Assembly: GCA_904063045.1 (NCBI GenBank)
Contig: CAJFCJ010000003.1
Coordinates: 1,054,001 to 1,118,000, forward strand
Direction of reading: 5' to 3'
DNA length: 64,000 nucleotides
From: Dimorphilus gyrociliatus
Taxonomy: Eukaryota > Animalia > Annelida
The translations under genes and the position numbers were made by a program. This document shows, one piece after another, positions 40,938-53,466 of the stretch. The notes below the pieces were generated by a model. The model saw only the letters and a program-made list of their open reading frames with translations. It made no database searches and was not told where the DNA came from. Within the stretch, counting starts at the first letter, position 1; each line of letters begins with the position of its first letter.

Positions 40938-42832
40938 GTAAATAATCATTTTAATAGTTGTTAGAAATCTATGTAACTTGTAAAAATAGTAAGGTTTAAT
41001 AGGAAAATAAAGTCAATTTAATAGTTTTCTTTTATCTTTTCCCTCCTTCTTTTCCCAGTAAGAAAACTTTTTCGTTTGTTTGTTTACTTAAGAAATGTTT
41101 TTATTCTATCTTTTTTGAAACTTTTTCACCTTTCCCCTTCTTCTTCTTCTTCTTCATTGTCTTCTTTATAAATTTTACATTATCAGTATATATACTGTAT
41201 ATCAACTTAGTACAAACGAAAACAGGAATAAACATACTAATCCAGGCAGAGAGCTATAAATTACTAACATCTCTTTAATGGTAAACATATTTTTAAAATT
41301 TCAACGGGTTTTCAATTAAGGCCTAGGAAAAAGAGTAGAAAGATCTTTTCTTCTTATCCCTATCGCTCATTCTAAAAGTGAAGACTTATTGAAGAAATAT
41401 TAATAAATTTTTGAGGGAAAGGAATAAAGGATATACCCTCTTATGTAGACCTACTCGTGGAAAGTTTCTATACGTTTAAATAATATACCGCTTTGATCTC
41501 AATAAAACCTCGGTTTAAACCTAAGTTTATGGGTTTCTATAACATTTTAGCTATGTATATCCTATAATTAGACGGCGAACATAGGAAATTCAACATGTGG
41601 AAAAATTTAAATAAAGAGAAGAATAGAGTTTAAAAAGCTTGTTGCACGCCATATACAAAGTACCATCCAAATTCATAAAAGGAAGTCAAGAATACTCGAT
41701 TTTAAAAAGTTCTCTTTGAAAACACCTTTTACCTTATCATCTAATTAGAATATAGTCAAAGAAAGAAAGAAGGAATCCAAAGAAAGAGTGAAAGATAGAA
41801 GTAAAGATAGTTATAGTCTGGCATTTTGAATTTAAAGTGAGAAGGAATTTAAAAAAATATTCCAATGTCTATCTCTGTTTTCATTCGACGCTAAGTAATG
41901 GATAAACTAATCTTTAAAGGCACATTAGCCAATTCTTTCTTCTTTAAGGATAAGGGAAGTTAAGCAAGGGAGTTTTATGTTCAATTTTTATTGAAAAACG
42001 ATATATTTACACTATTTTGCAGATATATCATACAACTCTCGATCTTTTCCCTACTCTGTATATTTATAATAGTCTTATGAGTCTTGATCTCTATTTGATA
42101 TAGGAAAAAGGCGAGTATGGGGAAGCAAGTTGTTTATTCCGTTTTCCTGGTACTCTTTAGCCATTTATGACTTTAGAATCACTCTTCGTGATGTCTCTTT
42201 CCCTTGCTCTCTCTCTCTCTCCCTTTCCTAAATAAGCTAAGGTGGGGGGAATAAACACTTGTCTTATTCAATAGTTTATTTAACTGTCCCTTTTTTCTTC
42301 TTCTCCAATAACCTTGTTTAACAGGATAGAATGTAAATAGAGTAATAAAGAAAAGAAAAAGCTCTGTTTATATATGCGTTTATTATTTTCTTTTTTTGTA
42401 TAGGTAGATAATCGTCGCTATTAATTAACTATAATAACCAACAGTAAACGCTCTAGGGTTATTTTAAAGTTGCTGATTATTACGTGATCGGGCTAGGAAG
42501 CGTCGACTATTAACAATTTAATCAGCGGGGCGTAAATTATCTTTTCGAAAGGAATTTTTAACACCCCTCCCGTCCGTTTTCTTACTCTATTAAAGGTATA
42601 TATATATAAAAATAGGCTTATGTATATTTATTATACTAATTTTACCAAGGATATATATATATCATTAAAAATAATTCTATAAATATATGTTGATAGAATG
42701 CTGAGTCAAGTTCTCTTCTCCTCTCCATTAAATCGAGTACAGTTTCCTTTTCATCTTTTCAGATTACGTGACAAGCTAACGAGTGGAAAAAAACTTGAAA
42801 AGAAAGAAGGAGGAAGAAATCAAGAAACCTGC

Positions 42833-45800
42833 ATGTTCCAAATCATTCTTCTCATCTATATTTCCGGCGTTTCGGCGTTAGAAAAACTATATACAATTCC
42901 AGAAAATAGCCAACCAATTAAACTAGTGAATTTAAATGAACTGATTGAACCTTTTAGAAGATTTTCAGAAGATGAATTAAAAAGTGTAAAATTTTCCATT
43001 CTAAATAGTAAGGATGGGGCAAGATATAAAAATATGTTTGAGGTCAAAGGTCGAGAGTTATGGTCCAGTGATATAGATAGAGAATCAATAGAGGACTGCG
43101 TAAATCAAGAGTTTTGTTATCTGAAGTTTGATTTAAAGGGCAGCGATGGTAAAACAGCTGATATCGCTTCGATACGGATACAAATTTTGGACGAAAACGA
43201 TAATATTCCAAAATTTAACGGCTTTCGATCTGAAAATTATGACCTTAGCATATCAGAAGGACAACCAGTCTCTGAAGCGTTAAACTTACCCTATTATGCA
43301 GTTGATAAGGATAGCCCCGAAAACGGTATTGATTATTATACCCTTAGCGGTTCTGATAAATTCGAATTGGTAAATGGAAAATTACAACTCTTATCTAAAT
43401 TGGATAGGGAAAGAGAGGCAATCCATCATATTGTTGTTAAGGCTATCGATAAGGGCACACCGTCCCTAACTGGAACTCTTTTAATCAGGGTATTAGTAAC
43501 GGATTACAACGACAACGCCCCGAAATTTGAGAAGGAAACTTACGAGGTGAGCGTCTACGAGGATGAAGTACCCGGTAGCGTAATACAGCTCATTAAAGCT
43601 ACCGACAAAGACGAGGGGAAAAATGCAATAGTCAGTTACTCCATAGATCTTTCGCAATCTGACGAAGAAGTTGATGAAACGTTTCGAATTAATAATAAGA
43701 CAGGAGAACTAATCCTTACAAGTCTGTTGGATTACGATGAGAGTAAGAGGAACTACAGGATAATGGTTACCGCCCAGGATAATGGAGCTGATTCACTCAA
43801 GAGTCAGGCTCTTGTCAACGTTAAAATATTAAACGTCAATGATAATAAACATAAAATCTCTGTCATAAAAGAATTCAGAATCGTTGAGGAACAAGATGAA
43901 GATACAGAAGCGGGAGAAATCTATGTTCACGATAAGGATATAAACGATGGAAGTTTTAATTGCCTCATAAATGATACAATCAACTTCCACCTTGTACCAT
44001 ATAGCATATCCGGCTACTATCGTCTACTTTCTGCTAAAGTCTTTGATAGAGAAGAAAAATCGGAATTTCCGATTAATCTAACATGTTTCGATTCAGAGAA
44101 TTTACCCGAATCTTTAATTACTATAGTTAAAGTACTCGATTTCAACGATCACGCACCAAAATTTAATCAGACTTTCTACGAATTTACTATAAAAGAGAAT
44201 GATCCGAATCCTCTTGGCTTGTATTCTGTATTCGCTACAGATGCCGATGAAGGTTCCAATGCAATTATCTCTTATTCAGTATCCGGAACAGATCTAGTTT
44301 ATGTGCATTCAACTACTGGACAACTCTTTCTTAAAAGCTCATTGGATTTCGAACAAATTCAAACTCTTGAGTTTAAAATTGAAGCAAGGGATCACGGTTC
44401 TATTCCAATGGCTTCTCAAGTTCCGGTTTCTATACAGATAACGGACTTGAATGATGAAAGACCGGTGTTTGTCAAAGATGTCTTTGAGATGCATGTATTG
44501 GAAGAATCGTCCCCCACTGAGTATGTTGGCAAGGTTCTAGCAGTTGATAGAGATCAAAGAGAAGAGTTTAGGCGCCATACGTACGAACTCCTCGGATCAA
44601 CAGACCTATTTACAATCGATGAAGTTGGCAGAATTTATACAAAGAGAACGTTTGATAGAGAAATTCAAGACCTTTACGAATTCAAGGTTAAGGCCACTGG
44701 CGTAAAAGATCCTTCTTCTACTTCTACTGCTTTAGTTAGCATTAGTATAGAGGATATTAATGATCACAAGCCCATAATTGACTTTCCAAATCCCTCAAAC
44801 AGCACTATTACTGTTAAATCGAATTTAGGGAAAGATCGAATATTTGGCAGAATATTGGCAAGGGATAGCGATATTGGAGTGAATGGGGCATTAGTATATG
44901 AAATTATAGCCGGAAATGAGGACGATATGTTTTACGTTCATGGAACAACTGGTACTATAGCTGTCAACGATGACTTAAGAGGAATTAGGCAGTTGAAGTA
45001 CCTTCTTAAAGTTAGAGTAACCGATTCCGGCTCGGAACGAAAATTTGCTACATCCAACCTTACAATTATCGTTTTACGATCGATTGGCGACGGAAGTTCT
45101 GCTGGCGGTGACCCTTCTTTCAATCTCATGATAGTAGTTGCCCTCTCCTCCGTAACATTACTCATTGTAGTGGTTCTTTTGTTCGCCATCTTTCTAGTAA
45201 GAAGGAGACAACGACTCTTAGAAGAACAAGCTGCTAAAGATCGGAAGGAAAACGTCCTCGAACTGGAGAAAGTGGAAATTCACGCCAGAGTTGAAGATGG
45301 AAAGATAAAAGCTGATACTCAATTTCGGCCTCTTTCTTCTTTTTATCAAGTAAGTGAAATTTCCTCTATTTTTCAATTTAAACCTATGTTGCATTATTAA
45401 TTTTTATTATACGATTACGGAAAAGACAATAGTCATTAAAAATAGTCTCGTCTATTTCAAGTAAATAACAAAAAAAAAATGCCGAGTTGCTGTACTTAAT
45501 CACGTTCCTGTACTGTATAATTTGTAAATGGGAACAAACTTAGCAGTCTTCCCTTAGGCTATAAGGCAGTCTTCATTCATGCATGAAAGAAAACGCAAAC
45601 TTGACGGAATTACGCAATAGGCGGTTCCCTCATTAAAGCACCTGCGTTTCAACTTTCGCCGTGTTTGGCGGTGATGTAACGTAATCGAATCGAGTGGAAC
45701 GATGTTGTTTCGTATGACGTAACATGAGACGCGTAAATCGAAGGCAAATATATAGTTTAGTATTGTAAATAATTCAAATTTACCCACAATTCTGGTACAA

Positions 45801-48232
45801 AAACCCTCTAATGAAACAAAGGCGTCGATATAAAGGGGATATAAAGGGGACCTTTGAAAGAGCAGCTAGTGAACAAGGGAAATCGTCCACTAGTCACTTA
45901 ATAATTAACATTTTTTTGGGAATACTTATTTCTCATAAAACACTAATTTTTCCCAGAACATATATATTTTTAAACAGCTTATGATTAAATTTTATTGACC
46001 TAGTCAATAAACTATTGCGCAATAGTTTGTATTTATTTAAATAGCTTAAAAGGATCTTTAAAGTGTGTATAGTACTATTAAAAGAAGGAAAAGAGTGAAA
46101 AAGAGAATAAAAAAAAGAAAGGTGTAAAAAGAAGATTAACCATAGTAATATTTATTTAAGCATGTTTAACATGTGTTGTAACTAGGAGAAATATTTAAAA
46201 GATCAAAGGCTTGTTAAAATATGTTGTCCAAAAGTTACATTAGTGAATTATTCACGGCAAAGAGATTTCAATAAGGTTTCCTCAATTAAGTTGCAATTAA
46301 AGGGAAGAGAGAATGAAAATAGTTCCTAACAGAAGCAGAGAAGAGAATGCCAGGGGAAAAAGATGAATGAACAAAGAGAGAAAAAGAAATATATAAACTG
46401 TATATATGAGAGAGGAAGAGAAACGTGCCCGAGTTAGGAATTTAGTGTAAAACATTTTTACGTTTCTTTTACGTATTTCTAAAATTCTTTGCTGATCCGA
46501 TCGGTTTCCTTTCATCTGCTTATCAGAAATTAGATAAAGTTAATTATCTTTACCATCAAAAAAGTACTCTACCTTTTAGTAACAATAAGAATAGAACGTT
46601 AATTACCCCGCCTTCTTAATTAGAAAATATCCATCTCTTACGCAGACTATAAAATCAAACGATTATAAAATAACATAAATAAAGGGAAATAAAAGAAAAA
46701 AAAACGAACAATTAGTTGGACAAAGAACACCGTTCAAAGTTTAAGTTACAAGAACGTAATACTAGGCAAATAGGGCTGCCTTGTAAATAGAACGAAAGGG
46801 CGGCAAGAATTCGATAAACATTCCCAACTTCATTAAAAAAAAGGGAAGAAGAGAAAGAAATAGAGAAAGAAAAAACGAGGAAAACAAGATTGGGTTTGGG
46901 AGGGCAAAAAGGGAGGCTATGTTGAAAGGATTTCATAAAAGGAAACTGTTAAAGGAGTAAAAAAATTGGAAAGGTGGAGAAAGAAGAAAAGAGTAATAGT
47001 ACGCAGGTTCTCTTTAGATCGGATGCATTCTCAAGGCCCCTTATAAAAGTAGTAGGTGATTTCAATGCGATCTTTTTTTTACGGCCGATTTAGCGCCGAC
47101 ATTTATCCCATTTGAAAATGCGTCCGATCGAATTGGTTTTGGCTGATTTAAATACGCGGAAATTTAGCATCTGCGGCGATTATAAAACGGGTTATTAGGG
47201 GTCGGAAATGGGGTTAAAACCGACATGTGGAAAAGGAGGAGTATTAGATTATGAAAGGGAACAATTTTTACCCCCACCTCAGTTACTGTACCCTCGCTCT
47301 GTTTCATTCTCTATTCTCTTCGCTAATCCCAAAACGCTGCTAATTTTGGCGTCTAGAAAATTAGGTCAGAGTAGTCGTTCGGACGACATTTTCCGTCATT
47401 TGTTTGCACAAAGGACGCCACGTGACGCCTTAATTGAATCATGTTGGTGAGAATGTCAGGCACCGGGATCGTGCAGCGAGATGAAAAATCGTCTAGTAGT
47501 GTAAGGGACGAAGAGTAGCCCGGGAGGGGGTCAATCGTAAACAACCCTTATTTTCTTTTTTCAGGGCAGGAGTAAGGGGGGAGGGTTAGGACCCAAGAGT
47601 AAAAGCCCAATATATATCGTATCAAATGAGTTTAGCATTCCTCTCTCCGAACTATCGTCTCCGATTATCTTCTATTTTCTTGCCAACGAAGTAGCCGTGA
47701 TCCTCTAAAATTTCCGCTTTATACGCTTAAATCATTACAATGATTTCCCAATCTATTATATTTGAGTAATCAACGATAGTCGATAATTATCACGTATAAC
47801 ATTTAAGAATGTGGGCATCCATTCAGAGCATTAGGCCTAATTATTAAAAAATTTTCCCTACCACCTACTTTCAACAACAGAAAGGAGAGCTAAATAAAGT
47901 AATTAACTACGTAAAATACAACTAATTAAATAATTAAATTATCCTTTAATATATTTCGATACCAATACACTATAATTAGTGACTTTCTCGTTTAATTAAT
48001 GGACCGTATTTAATTAACAAAGCTAAATAACACAGCTGTTAACCGAGACAAAACGAAATGTCGTTTAAAAATTGATATTAAAAAAAAGAGAGAAGAGAGA
48101 TGAATAGCAAAAATGAACGCTCTTTGCGTTATGGGAAAATAACCGTTATAAAAAATTGTTTAAATAACACACTTTAAAGATTGAACTATATGAGTATGAG
48201 GTGATACTATTTCCGGTTTTTAAACCATTTAG

Positions 48233-48267
<35 letters not shown>

Positions 48268-51026
48268 CAGTATATAGCATAAATTGTATGCATACATTTA
48301 GATTATAATACCGGAATGTATTACCTAATCAGCTCTTTATATATGTATAAGTAAAAAAATACCAGGATAAAATGTTTGAACATTTCTTAAATACGTGTTT
48401 ATATGTTTGGTTCAAAAAAGAGCTTTTGTGTCATACTTTACCCTTTGAACTAGCCGCCTTTTGCTATTTTATTTTTATAGCTTCTTGTAGTACTAGAAAA
48501 AAAAAAGAAATATGTACAACTGCAAAGGCGCTGCAAAAGGAAACCTTTAACACTGCTAAGTGTTCGTTACGTCAGGAGAGTCCATAGAGACGTCGCCTTC
48601 CATTTATGACGTCACATTAACGCTTACGTCACAGTCACCCGCGAAGCAACTGGTTTTTTCTCTATGCTTTTGGCAAATTAACTTAATTTGGGCACAGCAG
48701 CCCTTTTCTCTTATTGGACTGGACTTGTCTCACCCACTACATTTAGTTCTCCACTTTATATACCTTCTCGCTTACTAACAAAATGTCTCGCCGCAAATTT
48801 CTATTCTTCATCCAAGCCGAAGGAACCTAGTTAATGTCCAAATTTAGGCCTTAGTATTTATGATACTATTTCTCAATAAAAGAAAAGAGAGAAAAAGAAC
48901 GGTTGGTGGTAGAGAGAGGTAGAGAAAGAGAGAGAGAGGGGGGAGAGAGAAAAAAGAGAGGGTAAAAGGAAACTAAAAAAAAAGAGAGAGAGAGAGAGAA
49001 AAAGAGCCACAAAAAAGTGTGAATATGAGAAAATTCTTTCAATTTACTCCTCTTAGTACAATACATCCTGTATATATGAGATGGGAAATGATTAAACAAT
49101 ATTCCAATATCTTTTTATTGATTGTCAAAAGAAAAAAAAACTATAAAAAAAAATCGGAATTTGCGTGACACGTCAGTAAATGATGCTTTAATAATAATAA
49201 AAAAAGAAAGAAAAACGTTCCAATTTCGATCACCTGTTAACAGATTAAATAATGGGATATTTTGTAAGATTATCTACTGGAAATTAGTCGATTATACAAT
49301 ATTATATCGAGAAGTAGGAGATGGGAAAAGAGTAGGCGGGTGACGCCTAGTTTTTTATAGGTTCTCCTTTCACACCTTTTCTCTTATATAATAATATCCT
49401 TTTTAAACTGGATAAGAATGGAAATAAAAGATGTAAAGTCTATTTTTATGTCGATTCCGAAATTATCATAAATCGATCGCAGGTGCATAATTTTTTAGTT
49501 AGAATGTCTTATTTGCATAATAATTTGAAAGACTTTTTGTTATGTGTTGATGTTGATTACTTCTGTATCGCGTGCTGTACGTCTAAACGATGAAAAGAAA
49601 GAATGAAATAAAGAATGAAGAGGGTGTGTTAAGGGGAAAAGAAAAGCAAGGAAGGGTCATTAAAATTTCCGAAAAATCTTTTCCCTTTCTTTACTTTATT
49701 CAACTTTCTTTTTTTTTTACTACCTCCTAGTCTTTCCCTCTCTTTTTTGAACTCCTATCTCAATCTCTCTATTACCTTTTTCTATAGATTTTTCTTTCTC
49801 TCTCTCTCTCTCTCTCTCTTTGTAGCTATTTCTTCTCTATTGCACAGTTTTAAGTTTAAGGAAAAAATAATCCTCTGTTTAACCTCTGTACCATTAAGAC
49901 CGGTGTAGGCGCGTCCGAATGTCAATTATATTCGAGTTCTATACGGACATTTTTCTCAAGGTGTCTGAAAGAATAATTCGGACCGATAGCAATTCGATTG
50001 TACAGGTTGAATGAGCTCTGAGGTTGACCTCAATTTTCTCAGCTTGACGTCGTCCATTTCGGAAATTTACTTCAAGATTTACGCGTTCGATTAAGTCGTT
50101 CAATTTAACGAGATTTCCTCCCCCCTCCCCTTGTTGCCCTCTCCCAATTTCTTGTATGAAAAGTACTCAATGACCGTTCCGGAAACAAAGAGACTGATCA
50201 ACAAAAAGGAAGTCGCAAAGAATGTTAGATTGAGCAGTATCTGTTTTCTTACTTTTTGCTATTCCTTGTCTTTTAAAGGCAGAAGGAGTAGTATATTTCG
50301 AGTCGCATTCTATCACAGCCGTGTTAATACTATCGAATAATAGATCATTTAATAATAAATATGCGTTAATGGCTCTACGCTATATGAGTTTGTTGGAGAT
50401 TTTAACGACTACTTTGATTGTTGGCTTTTTAAAAATTGTAATATTCGCAAAAGATCCTTTTAAAGAAGATTTTACTTTAAAAACTGCATAAAATAATAAA
50501 CAGAGGAAGATAAAAAGAAGAAAACTTGTTTACTACTGTAAAGAGAATAAAAGCAATCTAGAGTACAAAAAACGTAAAGGAAAGAACAAGAATGCAAAAT
50601 AGAAAGAAGATGAAATAAAAACTTAATATCTAGAGGGCGTTACTTTATGAGAAAAGTTTGTCAAAGTTGTATTTTCCCACGATACAAAGGACATAGGTTT
50701 GCGTGATTTCTCCAAACAAACAAAAAGTACACGGAAGGTCCAAAAATCATTTTTGTTCCTCTTGAAACACTTGGTATTATATAAATGTTCATAACACGCA
50801 TACATGAAGAAGAAGATAGAGGGATAAAAAGGGTGAAAAAAAAGAAAAGGTTATCAGGGAGGTTTTTTCTACTTTTTTTATACATTAATAAATGTAGGTA
50901 TGAATTGTGCGTGCCTGGGTAAAAAGGAGCTTTTTTCGCGTGTCCCTTCTTTTATTATTAAATGTTCGTTTTTGTCGTTTTATTTATTAACAACTCCACC
51001 GGAAATTAGTCTTTGAAATCTGAGGG

Positions 51027-51065
<39 letters not shown>

Positions 51066-53466
51066 AAAAAGAAGATGACTGCAATATTTAAATTATATGA
51101 TTAAATAAGATTGATGATACGTAATTGATTACGTAAAACATTACGGTGACGCGTTCATATAGTAATTAGACATTGTTTAGCATATAATAGTAAACTAGCA
51201 ATGGCGTTGAGTGACGCTCAATTTTTCATTAAGGCACAAAATAACGTCCAGCAATCTAGTGGAAATCCTTTAACAAATGGGCTTAGCGGTCACGCGCTGC
51301 TCTACTTTTATAAGTATGCGGGACGTTTCATTCTAGGAGATTCTATAACAGGAATTATAAAAATAGGGGGCGTGCAAACTTAACCGCGATCGTTGTAATT
51401 GTTTATAGTAAATTTCCCCCCGCGTCTGCCAACCTTTAAATTACAACTTCCTTCGTATACAAAGAAGAGAAATAGGGAGCCTGAAGGGATATGTATACTA
51501 CTGTTCACAATGGAAGTGAGGTGAAAACCTCAACATGTCTAACATGCGTTTTCTTTCACTTCAAATGAAAAATAATAGGCTTAGAAAAAAAACGCAGGTG
51601 TAAAACGGGGCTAATTATGATGTAACGTAAACAGTTTAAGTTTAAATTTGGTAGAGACTGCCAATCTTTTTTTATACTGTTCTCCTCCCATTTTAACCAC
51701 CCCTCTTTTTATTATTCTTCAGGTAGCCGATCATAATCCTCCTAGGCCTATTAGACCTCAAGCGGATTCCGAAGTAAAACGATTAATGGAATTGTTAAGG
51801 AGTGAAAGGGATTGTGAATCGTTATCAAATAGCGATAGCGGAAAAGGGTCTAGTGAACACGGTGATAACGGTAAGCATTTCTTGTAAACATATTATATAC
51901 TATGTAGCACTAATAGGTACCAAAAAGCACATGCATGCCTTTCGATATACTTTTCTATATACAGTATATTGGTACAAAGTATATATATCTATATATATAC
52001 AGTATATATCTATATCTATATATATATATATGTATGTATATATACTTCGCATACCTACTGTAACCTTTGTCTTGCCTCAGGTCAAAAACGTTCAAAGTTA
52101 CTTTTTTTCTATTTTTCGAAAGTTCTTCACAGCATGATTTAAGTCCTTTTTTCTCTTTTAATTTCTCCTTCTCTCTCTCTCTCGTTCTCTTTTAATTCCC
52201 TTTCCCAATCTTCTCTTTAATCAATAGGCCTCTCTACTAAAAGTAAATTGACTTTTAGGTATTGTTCATAAAATATTCAAAAGGTGTGGGGACATAAAAA
52301 TCAACCTGCAATTAAAAACTTATATTACTCTTTGAGAAAATGATAACATTAGAATTCTCTAAAGGATAGGCGACGATGGGAGGATATATTCTCTCTTTTT
52401 ACAAAAAAGTTACCGAATGCTTAAAATATCGATTAACTAGCTATTAAAGACTTTTTTATGGGTAATGAAAAATGTTGATCATTAGGTTTTGAAATTAGAA
52501 TTCCAACAATTCATTTCGTTTAACAATAAGATAAAGATCTTTATAACAGTAGTAGAAAGGAAGTTCAGGTATAACAAGAGGACAGGTTTAAGAGAAATAA
52601 TAAGCATAGGTAAATGACTTTAAAATGCGAACTTTTTACATCCTTAACAAGGTATAGAAAAAGAAATTTATTTCTAAGCACGCACAGATTTTTCTCTTCG
52701 TCATCATCGTCTTATTCTTTCGATATTCTTTTTCTCTAGCCACGCATACTCTCCGGTTGACTTTCCGTCGTTTATTTTTTTTTACCTTTTTCTTCTTGAA
52801 AGGTTCTCTCTTCTACGGAGAAAGATATACCTTATCCAATTAGAATTAATAAGACGAATAAGGTATAGGTCTGTTACAGATTGTGAGCACGTGTTAAAAC
52901 ATTGATCGTTTAATTACTCTTAATGAATACTGATTATTACTAACGAAAAAGGCGATAAAGTAAAACAGCTGAGCAAACGAATTTTAACAAATAAAGAATA
53001 AACTGTATTTAGTTCCCTTTTTACATAGATATACATTTATATAAAAGAACTTCCACCCCTTCAACCTTCATTCTCCACCCCCTCCCTTTCATTTTTTTTA
53101 TACATTGTTTAGCGATAATTTGCTGTGCTTTTATATCTCTCCCTTGTTATTTGCATATAATTTTTTATTATTGAATAGAATAGAGAAATATTTGATTCAT
53201 AACGGCGCCCCCTGTGTTGAGTTTGATGCCCAACAGAAATGCGCCGGTTATTATATAATTTTTCATTCATTCACTCAACCCCATGCACAGATCGACCTCC
53301 CACCAAGGGCCGAACGTTCAACGATTTAACAAAAGATAGATTCCTTTCGACAGCAACAGCTAAAATCAGGAGATCTTTCGATTCTGACGATGGCTCAACA
53401 ACTACTTCTGGTAGTTACGTAATGGACTGTAGTTTTAGAGAGTCATTCAGAGACTCTACTGTTTGA
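42833..53466 (+). CDS. PCDH: Protocadherin (7 EC repeats, TM, cytoplasmic tail); coding exons 42833-45349, 51723-51870, 53291-53466; ~946 aa
   Basis: Signal peptide MFQIILLIYISGVSA. Six linkers (DENDNIP, DYNDNAP, NVNDNKH, DFNDHAP, DLNDERP, DINDHKP) define 7 ECs. EC1 has C-x5-C and no Trp2. TM FNLMIVVALSSVTLLIVVVLLFAIFLV is followed by RRRQR. The tail contains SDSGKGSSE (delta-Pcdh CM1-like) and DGSTTTSGSY. Splice phases 0 and 1 are consistent. Confidence 0.95.
51031..51062. repeat. (CT)n microsatellite
   Basis: Read directly from the sequence; protocadherin intron. Confidence 0.9.

Noticed and set aside
42404-42405. AG|GT juxtaposition resembling a recursive splice site
   Set aside because: More simply the start of a 5' UTR exon (42404-42595); the intron is too small to need recursive splicing.
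42698-42832. 45-aa N-terminal extension in the ORF-track protocadherin
   Set aside because: It spans a pyrimidine tract and acceptor (42762). The ATG at 42833 starts a normal signal peptide. The ORF end at 45400 also runs past the donor at 45350.
50311-50320. TATCACAGCC identical to the 5' end of miR-2-family microRNAs
   Set aside because: The 3' part does not match and there is no complementary arm to form a hairpin.
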